Positions 35,169-43,174 of a DNA stretch of 64,000 bases are shown piece after piece; the stretch's first letter is position 1; every line of letters begins with the position of its first letter. The notes under the pieces are model-generated. The model was not told the DNA's origin, made no database searches, and saw only the letters and a program-made list of their open reading frames with translations. The DNA lies in contig CBDEFI010000001.1 in assembly GCA_965237375.1 (NCBI GenBank), positions 448,509 to 512,508 on the forward strand. Reading direction: 5' to 3'. The translations under genes and the position numbers were made by a program. Origin of the DNA: Acidimicrobiales bacterium (GTDB lineage Bacteria; Actinomycetota; Acidimicrobiia; Acidimicrobiales; CATQHL01).

Positions 35169-38084
35169 GTGCACCGACTGTTCATCGCCGTCCTGGCCCT
35201 TGTCATCACGGCGACTGCATGTTCAGGCACGCAGGAAGGGGCGACGCCGACTGCGACCCGAGCCGGCTCGGGCACAGCCGCGACCGCGGCGCCGGACAGC
35301 CCGCCCGGTTCCCCCGACGGCGAGCGCGCCGACGCTCCGGATAGCGGTCCCGCCGACGATGGCGCAGAGGCCGTCCCGCCCGGACAATCCAATGGTGCTG
35401 CGGCGGCCACCCTGGCCGAACAAACCGACGAGAGCACAGAGACCGCCCAGCCCGAACAACCCGACGACGGCACAGAGACCGCCGAGCCCGAACAACCCGA
35501 CGCCCGCGCAGAGACCGCGCAGCCCGAGCCGCCCGACGGCGGCACCGAGACCGCGCAGCCCGAGCCGCCCACCGAGGTCGTCGCAGAGGTGGCGTCGCCA
35601 GCGGGCCCGCTCGACGCCGTAACCGCTGGCGATGGCTTCTCCTGCCGGCTGCGTGTCGACGGCACCGCGGAATGCTGGGGACGCAACGAAGACGGGCAGC
35701 TGCAGGCACCGGGCGGGGAATTCACGACGCTGGCCAGCGGTCTGTCGCACTCCTGCGGCGTGCGTACCGATGGCACGGCCGCCTGCTGGGGTGGCGACGA
35801 GTACGGGCAACTGCAGGCGCCGGGCGGGCAGTTCGCTGCTGTGGCTGCCGGCAGCGGCCATTCGTGCGGGCTGCAAACAGACGGCTTCGTCGCCTGCTGG
35901 GGCGCCAACTGGGACGGTCAGGCAGAGGCGCCGGCTGGGAGTTTCGTGTCCCTGGCCGCTGGGTTGTCGCACTCGTGCGGGGTGCGCACCGACGGCACCG
36001 TCACCTGCTGGGGCAGCAACGCCTGGGGACAGGTCGACGCGCCGACCGGGGAGTTCGTCGCCGTGGCCACCGGCCTGGAGCATTCGTGCGGACTGCGCAC
36101 CGACGACACCGTCGCCTGCTGGGGCAGCAACGCGTGGGGACAGGTCGACGCGCCGACCGGGGAGTTCGTCGCTGTGGCCGCCGGCCAGCGGCATTCGTGC
36201 GGACTCCGCACCGACGGCACGCTCGCCTGCTGGGGGGACAACGCCTGGGGACAGGTCGACGCGCCGGACGGGGAGTTCGTGGGCGTGGCGACCGGCCTGG
36301 AGCATTCGTGCGGGGCGCGCACCGACGACAGCGTCGTCTGCTGGGGCCTCCTCCCGGTCCTCGAGTCGCCGGACGGTGTGCGTTCCGACGAAGCCGCAGG
36401 GGAGCGATCCGGCAGCAGTGTCCCTGAGGCGGACCCATCCGCGGGGCCGTTCAGTGCGGTGGCCGTCGGGGAGCAGCACGTCTGCGCTCTACGTACCAAC
36501 GGCACCGTCGCCTGCTGGGACCTCCGACCGGTCGTGGAGGCGCCCGACGGCGTGCTGGTGGCGCGTTGGGCCGACGCCGCGGAGGCCGACGGCGATCCGT
36601 TCGTCGCCATAACCGCCGGCCGCTTGCATTCGTGCGGGTTACGCGCCAGCGGTAGTGTCCGCTGCTGGGGGATAAACGAGAGCGGACGGTCCGACCCGCC
36701 GGCCGGGGAGTTCACATCTGTGGGCGCGGGCACCAACCACACGTGCGGAGTGCGTACCGACGGCACGCTCGCCTGCTGGGGCTGGTACATGGGGGAGAAG
36801 CCGGATTCCCCGGGTGATCGGTTCAGCATGGTGGACGTTGGTCAGCACTCGTGCGCCTTGCGCATCGACAGCGCCATCGTCTGCTGGGGAAGCAACTCAA
36901 GTGGCGAGAACGATGCGCCGGACGGTCCGTTCGCCGCCGTGGCAGCTGGCGTGCTCTACACCTGCGGGTTGCGCACTGACGGCACTGTCGACTGCTGGGG
37001 GCGGGACTCGGGGTCCGGCGTGTCGGAGTCCCCGCCCGGGAGATTCACCGCGATCGCCGCGGGCGCTTCTCACGCCTGCGGGCTGCGCCCCCAAGGCACC
37101 GTCGACTGCTGGGGCGCCAACTACGACGGCCGGGCAGCGCCGCCCAGTGGTCGGTTCATCGCCGTGGATGCCGGCGAGGATTTCTCGTGCGGGGTGCGCA
37201 CCGGTGGCGCCCTGGTGTGCTGGGGGCTGTCGCAACCCGTGGGAACAGCCGACGGCGCACAGCCCGAGGCTGCCGGCCGTGCACCCGGTGAGACCGGCCC
37301 GTTCACCTCCGTGGCACCCGGAGGGTCGCATTGGTGCGGATTGCGCTCCGGTGGCACCGTCACCTGCTGGGGCGGCAACCGCGTTGGTCAAGCCGATGCG
37401 CCGGGCGGTCGGTTCGTCAGCGTGGTGGCCGGCTGGTATCACTCGTGCGGATTGCGTGTCGAGGGCACCGTCGAATGCTGGGGCGACAACGCCTGGGGAC
37501 AGCTCGATGCCCCGGACGAGCATTTCACCACCATTGCCTCGGGGGGCGGACACACGTGTGGGTTGCGCACTGACGGCGCCGCCACCTGCTGGGGGTACAA
37601 CGACGACGGGCAAGCGGACGCGCCCGACGGGCGATTCATCGATGTGGACGGCGGCGATCAGCATTCATGTGGTGTGCGCGCCGACGGCACAATCGACTGC
37701 TGGGGCGACAGCGAATTCGGCGAGGCCGACCCTCCCGACGGACGGTTCACTTCCATCGTCGCCGCAAGCCTGCACTCCTGCGGATTGCGTGCCGAAGGCA
37801 CAATCGACTGCTGGGGCTACAGCGACGGGCGGACCGATCCGCCGGACGGGCGGTTCGTTGCCGTCGTCGCCGGCCGTGGATACACCTGTGCCTTCCGGGC
37901 AGACGGCACCGCCGAATGCTGGGGGCTCAACTACGAGGGGCAGACCGATGTGCCCGACGGGCTGTTCACCGCGCTCTTCCCCGGCGGTACGCATTCGTGC
38001 GGATTGCGTACCGACGGCACCGTCGAATGCTGGGGACAGATGGCCGTCATACCAACACCGGACGGCGTGGAGGAGGTCTGTTAG
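35169..38084 (+). CDS. RCC1-repeat (beta-propeller) lipoprotein, 21 blades
   Basis: MHRLFIAVLALVITATAC|SG is a lipobox, followed by an acidic TETAQPEQPD-type linker. Then come 21 copies of HSCG[LV]R.DGT..CWG.N..GQ.DAP.G.F..V..G. Confidence 0.8.
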   Translation: MHRLFIAVLALVITATACSGTQEGATPTATRAGSGTAATAAPDSPPGSPDGERADAPDSGPADDGAEAVPPGQSNGAAAATLAEQTDESTETAQPEQPDDGTETAEPEQPDARAETAQPEPPDGGTETAQPEPPTEVVAEVASPAGPLDAVTAGDGFSCRLRVDGTAECWGRNEDGQLQAPGGEFTTLASGLSHSCGVRTDGTAACWGGDEYGQLQAPGGQFAAVAAGSGHSCGLQTDGFVACWGANWDGQAEAPAGSFVSLAAGLSHSCGVRTDGTVTCWGSNAWGQVDAPTGEFVAVATGLEHSCGLRTDDTVACWGSNAWGQVDAPTGEFVAVAAGQRHSCGLRTDGTLACWGDNAWGQVDAPDGEFVGVATGLEHSCGARTDDSVVCWGLLPVLESPDGVRSDEAAGERSGSSVPEADPSAGPFSAVAVGEQHVCALRTNGTVACWDLRPVVEAPDGVLVARWADAAEADGDPFVAITAGRLHSCGLRASGSVRCWGINESGRSDPPAGEFTSVGAGTNHTCGVRTDGTLACWGWYMGEKPDSPGDRFSMVDVGQHSCALRIDSAIVCWGSNSSGENDAPDGPFAAVAAGVLYTCGLRTDGTVDCWGRDSGSGVSESPPGRFTAIAAGASHACGLRPQGTVDCWGANYDGRAAPPSGRFIAVDAGEDFSCGVRTGGALVCWGLSQPVGTADGAQPEAAGRAPGETGPFTSVAPGGSHWCGLRSGGTVTCWGGNRVGQADAPGGRFVSVVAGWYHSCGLRVEGTVECWGDNAWGQLDAPDEHFTTIASGGGHTCGLRTDGAATCWGYNDDGQADAPDGRFIDVDGGDQHSCGVRADGTIDCWGDSEFGEADPPDGRFTSIVAASLHSCGLRAEGTIDCWGYSDGRTDPPDGRFVAVVAGRGYTCAFRADGTAECWGLNYEGQTDVPDGLFTALFPGGTHSCGLRTDGTVECWGQMAVIPTPDGVEEVC
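35620..36400 (+). repeat. seven strictly phased 111-bp tandem units inside the RCC1 gene
   Basis: The CTGCTGGGG core recurs at 35671, 35782, 35893, 36004, 36115, 36226 and 36337, exactly 111 bp apart. Units 4-6 are near-identical at the DNA level. Confidence 0.85.
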
Positions 38085-38100
38085 CCTGAATCCACCGATT

Positions 38101-38296
38101 CGGGCTGGTGGGGGGTGTGTTGGGGTGGTTTTTGGGGCGGTTGGGGTTGTGGGGTGTTGGTTGGGGTCGCCGGTGGCGGTGTGGGGCGCCGGTGAGGGGG
38201 CGCTGGGGTGGTTCGGGGCGCGTGGGGGCGTGTTGGGGCGCGTGGGGGCGCGCTAGGGCGCCGGGGCGGTGGGGCGGTGGGTGTTCTGGTGGGGGC
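38101..38296 (+). repeat. G-tract-rich non-coding segment inside IS copy A (between the IR and the transposase stop)
   Basis: About 16 runs of four or more G in under 200 nt (GGGGGG, GGGG, GGGGG ...), including the duplicated GGGGCGCGTGGGGGCG. The same segment is reverse-complemented at 47313-47508. Confidence 0.8.
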
Positions 38297-39664
38297 TCAG
38301 CAGAGTTGGGGTAGGGCGCGGATGTTGGTGAGGGTGGTGTGGAAGGTGGTTGCCCAGGGCCATCGGGCGGGGAGGCGCAGGACGGGGCGTCCGGCGTGGT
38401 TGACGAGGCGCCCGGGCACAGCGAGGAGTTGGTTGCGGACGGTTCGCCCGACGCGCAGACGTCCCGTGGGGTGGGTTTCGGCGAGTGTGGTGATCCAGCG
38501 GTAGAGGTTGTGGGCCAGTGCGGCGCAGGTCAGCCAGGCGGCGTTGGCGAAGAAGTTCCCCGACGGCAGGTGCGCCAGTCCGGTGCTCGCCTTGAGGTCG
38601 CGGATGGCGAGTTCGACGGTGGCGTGTTGGCGGTGATAGGCGTCGCCGGCGGCGCTGTTGAGGTCGTCTCGGTTGGTGACCAAGGCGTGGTGGCGCCAGT
38701 CGGGCCACAGCGCGGCCTGCGCGCTGTCGGTGAGGCGGGTGCGCCGCACGACGAGGCGCACGTCGCGGCGGTTGTCGCGCCCGCCGGCGATGATGGTGGT
38801 CTCCGCGACCTGCGCGTCGCCGCCGTCGCGGTAGGGGATGGGCTCCCAGTCGTCTTCGTCGATGGCACCAATGGCGGCTTTGACGTGGCCATACAGGGGG
38901 ATCGTGACCGACCAGCGCACCTTGGCGGCGTCGAGGCGGTCGATGAGTTCGTTGGACCAGAACCCCGAGTCGGCGCGCACGGTGAGTTGGCCCGCCGCGC
39001 CGGCGCGGCGGGCGCGGGCGACCGTCTCGGCGATGAAGTGCACGTTGCCTCTCTGGGAGGATCCCTTGCGCAGGCGGGTGTGCAGCGTCTCGCCGGTCTC
39101 GGCGCGGGTCGCGATGAGCGGGTGATAACCGAGCTGTTGGGTGTGCCCGTAGGCGGCGCCGGCTTTGGTCTTGGCGGACACCTCACAGATCGTCGAGTCC
39201 ACATCGATGGTCATCGGATCCTCCCCGGGGCCGCCGCCGGCGGCCCACGCCCGCGCCAGCGCCACACCTGCGGCTTTGTCCAACTGCCGGACGTGACCCC
39301 ACGTGAACGAACGCAGCAACGACCCCACCGTCGACGCCGCCGCCACCGAGAATCCCAACACCCGGCGCGTCGCCCCGGCGCGCAGACGATTCACGTGATC
39401 GATATGGGTGGCGCCGACCAGCATCGCCGCCACCAAACTCAACACCTTGCGCCCCGGAGACGCGCCGCCGACGCGGCCCCCCAAGCGCACCGTCTCATCA
39501 ACCAGAGACTCCAAACCCAACCGATCCATCAACGTCGCCGCCACCACCAGCCCCGCGTCGGCCACCAACGACTCGTCGTCGAAGGTCACCCCGAACCGGT
39601 CAATCTTGCGCGATACTCCACTCACAGGAAGTGCCTCCTCGATCTGGGCCGAAGCCGCTATCAC
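38297..39664 (-). CDS. IS1380-family DDE transposase
   Basis: 455 aa; ..KIDRFGVTFDDESLVADAGLVVAATLMDRLGLESLVDETVRLGG.. is typical of IS1380-family transposases. The amino-acid sequence is identical to copy B. Confidence 0.85.
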   Translation of the reverse strand: MIAASAQIEEALPVSGVSRKIDRFGVTFDDESLVADAGLVVAATLMDRLGLESLVDETVRLGGRVGGASPGRKVLSLVAAMLVGATHIDHVNRLRAGATRRVLGFSVAAASTVGSLLRSFTWGHVRQLDKAAGVALARAWAAGGGPGEDPMTIDVDSTICEVSAKTKAGAAYGHTQQLGYHPLIATRAETGETLHTRLRKGSSQRGNVHFIAETVARARRAGAAGQLTVRADSGFWSNELIDRLDAAKVRWSVTIPLYGHVKAAIGAIDEDDWEPIPYRDGGDAQVAETTIIAGGRDNRRDVRLVVRRTRLTDSAQAALWPDWRHHALVTNRDDLNSAAGDAYHRQHATVELAIRDLKASTGLAHLPSGNFFANAAWLTCAALAHNLYRWITTLAETHPTGRLRVGRTVRNQLLAVPGRLVNHAGRPVLRLPARWPWATTFHTTLTNIRALPQLC

Positions 39665-39843
39665 TACCGGCCATTCTCCCAGGTCAGCGAGGCACTTCCG
39701 CGCACCCCCACCCCCAACACACCCAACCCATCGGTGGATCCAGGGTTAGTCCGCGGGGTGCGGGAGCGGCGGTAGTAGCTTGCTCAGCGGTGGTGTGAAC
39801 CGCCGCCGGAGCTGCCGCCCTTCCTGCACGAACCCGACTCCGC

Positions 39844-41232
39844 ATGCTCTTCCCCACCTTCACGTTCGCCCTGTTCTTCGTCGTGGTGCTGACCGTTGGG
39901 TGGCTCATTCCCGGGCGCCGTGCCTGGTGGAAGCTTTTCATGCTGGCCGCCAGCTACGTGTTCTACGGCTACTGGGATGCCCGCTTCGTGGGCCTCATCG
40001 TCGCCTCCACAGTGCTGAACCAGGCGGCGGCCGCCTCCCTGGGTCGGCTGCGGCGACCCGGCGCCCGGCGGGCGGTGGTGAGCCTGGCCGTGGGGGTGAA
40101 CCTGGCCTCGCTGGGGTTCTTCAAGTACGCGGGCTTCTTCGTGGACAGCGCCGAGCGGGCCCTGGAGGGTCTCGGCGTGGCCGCCGATCTGCCGCTGCTG
40201 AACATCATCCTGCCGGTGGGGATCTCCTTCTTCACGTTCCAGGCCATCAGCTACGTCCTCGACGTGTACCGCGGCGACGCCGAACCGGCCAAACCCCTGG
40301 ACTTCGCCGTCTACCAGGCCTTTTTCCCACAACTCGTGGCCGGCCCCATCGTGCGGGCCAACGAGCTGATCCCACAGATCAACCAGCCCCGCGCCCTGCG
40401 CCACACCGACTTCACCCGGGCGATCACCCTCATCGCCGCCGGCCTGTTCAAGAAGATGGTCGTGGCCACCTATCTGGCCGACGCCCTGGTGGACGACGTG
40501 TTCGCCTTCCCCGACCGCTTCTCGTCGCTGGAAGTGCTGATGGGGGTCTACGGCTACGCGGTGCAGATCTACGCCGACTTCAGCGGCTACACCGACATCG
40601 CCATCGGGGTGGCGCTGCTGCTGGGCATCCGGCTACCCGACAACTTCGACCAGCCGTACCGGGCAACGTCTATCCAGGACTTCTGGCGGCGCTGGCACAT
40701 GTCGCTGTCGCGCTGGCTGCGGGACTACCTCTACATCCCCCTCGGCGGCAACCGCGGCGGCCCCCGACGGCGTGACCGCAACCTGTTCCTGACCATGTTG
40801 CTGGGGGGCCTGTGGCACGGCGCGGCCTGGACCTTCGTGCTGTGGGGGGCGTTCCACGGTCTCGGCCTCCTGGTGGAGCGCCGGCTGGGGCTGCGCCTGC
40901 CCGGCATCGTGGCCCGCCTGGTGACCTTCCACTTCGTGTGCTTCGGCTGGATCCTCTTCCGCGCCGACTCGCTGGGCGGCGCCGGAGACGTGTTGCGGCG
41001 GCTCTTCGTCGCCTGGACGGTGGAGTCCGCCCGGCTCCCGTGGGTGGCGGCGGCGCTGGTCCTGGCGATGCTGGCCACCCACTTCTGGCCGCGGGCGGTC
41101 GGCGAGCGGGCCATCGTCGCGGTGAGCCACGTGCCGGTACTGGTCACCGGGCTGGCATTCGCCTTCTGGCTGGTGGTTCTCGAGCAGTTCGGACCGGACG
41201 GCGTGGCGCCCTTCATCTACTTCCAGTTCTGA
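39844..41232 (+). CDS. MBOAT-family membrane O-acyltransferase (AlgI/DltB/PatA-like)
   Basis: 462 aa, polytopic. ..LPVGISFFTFQAISYVLDVYRG.., ..FWRRWHMSLSRWLRDYLYIPLGGNR.., ..LLGGLWHGAAW.. (conserved MBOAT His). Confidence 0.85.
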   Translation: MLFPTFTFALFFVVVLTVGWLIPGRRAWWKLFMLAASYVFYGYWDARFVGLIVASTVLNQAAAASLGRLRRPGARRAVVSLAVGVNLASLGFFKYAGFFVDSAERALEGLGVAADLPLLNIILPVGISFFTFQAISYVLDVYRGDAEPAKPLDFAVYQAFFPQLVAGPIVRANELIPQINQPRALRHTDFTRAITLIAAGLFKKMVVATYLADALVDDVFAFPDRFSSLEVLMGVYGYAVQIYADFSGYTDIAIGVALLLGIRLPDNFDQPYRATSIQDFWRRWHMSLSRWLRDYLYIPLGGNRGGPRRRDRNLFLTMLLGGLWHGAAWTFVLWGAFHGLGLLVERRLGLRLPGIVARLVTFHFVCFGWILFRADSLGGAGDVLRRLFVAWTVESARLPWVAAALVLAMLATHFWPRAVGERAIVAVSHVPVLVTGLAFAFWLVVLEQFGPDGVAPFIYFQF

Positions 41233-41235
41233 CCG

Positions 41236-43128
41236 ATGAACGCCCGAACGCCACCACAGCCGCCACAACCGCCCGGGAGGCGTCGGCAGCCGCCCGCCGG
41301 ACCGCCACAACCGCCCGGCACACCGCCACGACCGCCGGCCGGCGAGCGGCCACCGTGGCCCCCCATCCGACCGGTCGCCGCGGCGGGGCCGCGGCGCGAT
41401 CGCCGCCCACCGCTGCGCCCGCGGCAAATCATCTCGGCCGTGCTCGTGGCGTTGGGCATGGGTGCCCTGCTGAGTTCGGGCTCCCTCGTCGGTCTGGCCG
41501 AGCGGCAGCCGCTGGGCACCCAACGCGACGTCGTTCTCGGAACGGCCGAGGTGGTGGACCGTCTGGCTCACTTCCTGTCGCTGAACCGGCCCGCAGATCG
41601 CCTGGCCGTGGCCCTCGACCATGAGGAGCAGGTCTACGACGTGGAGGCTCTGATCGCCCGCGCCCGGACCACCACCACGACCGTTGCCGCTGGAGAACCA
41701 TCGGTGGCCGATGACGACAAGAGCGTTGCAAGCCCCACCGGCGGCGCCGCGTCGGACGATCCCGATCCCGACCAACCTCTCGACGCCGATGACAGCGGCC
41801 CCGGCACCGACGATGCCACCACACCGCCGACCGCCGAGGACTGCTCACCGGTCGACGGCCTCCAACCGGACCTTCTCGGCGACAGTACGGCGACCGGCGG
41901 GAGCACCGGGGACACGGACGCCGGGGACGGCACCCGAGACGCCGACCCCGACGAACCCACCACAGGCAGCGGCGCGGACGAACCCGCTGCCGGATCGACG
42001 GAGCGCGACGACTCCGCCGAGGACACGAACCCCGATGAACCAATCACGGGCAGCGACCCGGACCCGACCGACGCGTCCACAGGCACCGGCGGACCAGCGG
42101 ACCTCGGCGACGTTGACGAGGACACGGACCCCACCGGAGAAAGCACGAGCGAGGGCTCCGACGATCCGGCTGAACCCATCGAATCGGACTCCACCGACGA
42201 CAGCGAACCCACCCGCAGCACGGGCACCACCGGCTCAACCGACGGCGACGACCCGACCCAACGCGCCGGCGACGCCGACCCGGAGGACTCCGCCGAAAAC
42301 GCCGACCCCGGCGGCTCCGGCAGCGACGACGACGCGACCGAGCCGGCCGACCGCGTCGAGTGTCCCCCCGGCTACGTCCCCGCCGACCACACGACCGCAA
42401 CAACCGATCCGACCACGACCTCCACGCCCACCTCCACCTCGACCTCCACCACGGCACCGGTAACGACAACCACCACAACCGTCGACTTCGATGCCCCGCG
42501 TGTCCCCGAACAGGATCAACCCCTGCGGCTGTACGTCGGGGGCGACTCCATCAGCCGGGACCTCGGCGAGGGTCTGGCACGGCTCACCGCCGCCGACCTG
42601 GTGACGATCGATGTGGACCCCCGTCCGGCCACCGGTCTGTCCCGCCCGGACTTCTTCGACTGGGCCCAGCATCTCGCCGGCCTGCTCACCGAGAGCGGGG
42701 CCGACGTGATCGTTGTGCTCTTCGGCGCCAACGACTTCCAGAACGTCGAGCACGAGGGAAAGATTCTGGACCGCTTCACCGACGAGTGGCTGGACCTGTA
42801 CCGCGAGCGCGTGGGGCGGATCATGGCCCTGGTGAGCCAGCCCGACGTGCAGACCGTGTGGGTCGGCCAGCCTCCCGTCCGGGAGTCGCGCCTTTCCGGC
42901 GGCCTCGCCCGGCTCAACGAGGTCTACGCCGAGCAGGCCGAGCAGCACCCCCAGATCACGTTCGTGGACACGTGGGAACTGTTCAGCAACGACGAGGGCG
43001 GCTACGCCGACGAGATCGACGGTGTCCGGGTGCGGCGCGAGGACGGCGTCCACCTGACCGTCGCCGGTGGGAATCGCCTGGCTCGCGCGGTCTGGGACGT
43101 GATCGCACCCGCCTGGGGGCTCGACTGA
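41236..43128 (+). CDS. membrane-anchored SGNH/GDSL-like hydrolase (DUF459-like) with Pro-rich N-terminus and a long acidic low-complexity spacer
   Basis: Starts 4 nt after the MBOAT stop. One TM segment (ISAVLVALGMGALLSSGSLVGL), about 230 aa of D/E/T/P/G-rich sequence, a poly-Thr/Ser linker, then LRLYVGGDSISRDLG ... VVLFGANDF ... DGVHLT (SGNH blocks). Confidence 0.7.
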   Translation: MNARTPPQPPQPPGRRRQPPAGPPQPPGTPPRPPAGERPPWPPIRPVAAAGPRRDRRPPLRPRQIISAVLVALGMGALLSSGSLVGLAERQPLGTQRDVVLGTAEVVDRLAHFLSLNRPADRLAVALDHEEQVYDVEALIARARTTTTTVAAGEPSVADDDKSVASPTGGAASDDPDPDQPLDADDSGPGTDDATTPPTAEDCSPVDGLQPDLLGDSTATGGSTGDTDAGDGTRDADPDEPTTGSGADEPAAGSTERDDSAEDTNPDEPITGSDPDPTDASTGTGGPADLGDVDEDTDPTGESTSEGSDDPAEPIESDSTDDSEPTRSTGTTGSTDGDDPTQRAGDADPEDSAENADPGGSGSDDDATEPADRVECPPGYVPADHTTATTDPTTTSTPTSTSTSTTAPVTTTTTTVDFDAPRVPEQDQPLRLYVGGDSISRDLGEGLARLTAADLVTIDVDPRPATGLSRPDFFDWAQHLAGLLTESGADVIVVLFGANDFQNVEHEGKILDRFTDEWLDLYRERVGRIMALVSQPDVQTVWVGQPPVRESRLSGGLARLNEVYAEQAEQHPQITFVDTWELFSNDEGGYADEIDGVRVRREDGVHLTVAGGNRLARAVWDVIAPAWGLD

Positions 43129-43174
43129 GCACCGTCCGATCCCCCGGTCAGACGGCGTCCGCTAGAGTTCGCCC

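Larger units (their letters stand above)
38085..39744 (-). mobile_element. IS1380-family insertion sequence, copy A (1,660 bp)
   Basis: Terminal inverted repeats are CCTGAATCCACCGAT (38085..) and the reverse complement of CCTGGATCCACCGAT (..39744). Flanked by the 5-bp direct repeat GTTAG (38080-38084 and 39745-39749). Single transposase ORF. Confidence 0.85.

Noticed and set aside
34907-35908. N-terminal 334 codons of the 1,619-aa minus-strand ORF
   Set aside because: They run antisense through the RCC1 gene and the divergent promoter. A proper signal peptide and lipobox start at ATG 34906.
35169-38084. Diversity-generating retroelement or contingency locus acting on the RCC1 repeats
   Set aside because: No reverse transcriptase, template repeat or homopolymeric switch tract lies nearby. 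Repeat similarity is adequately explained by tandem duplication.
38108-38504. Small ORFs encoding G/W/R-rich peptides inside the IS (mirrored at 47105..47596)
   Set aside because: They are by-products of the G-tract array. The composition is not protein-like, and the sequence lies in the non-coding end of the element.
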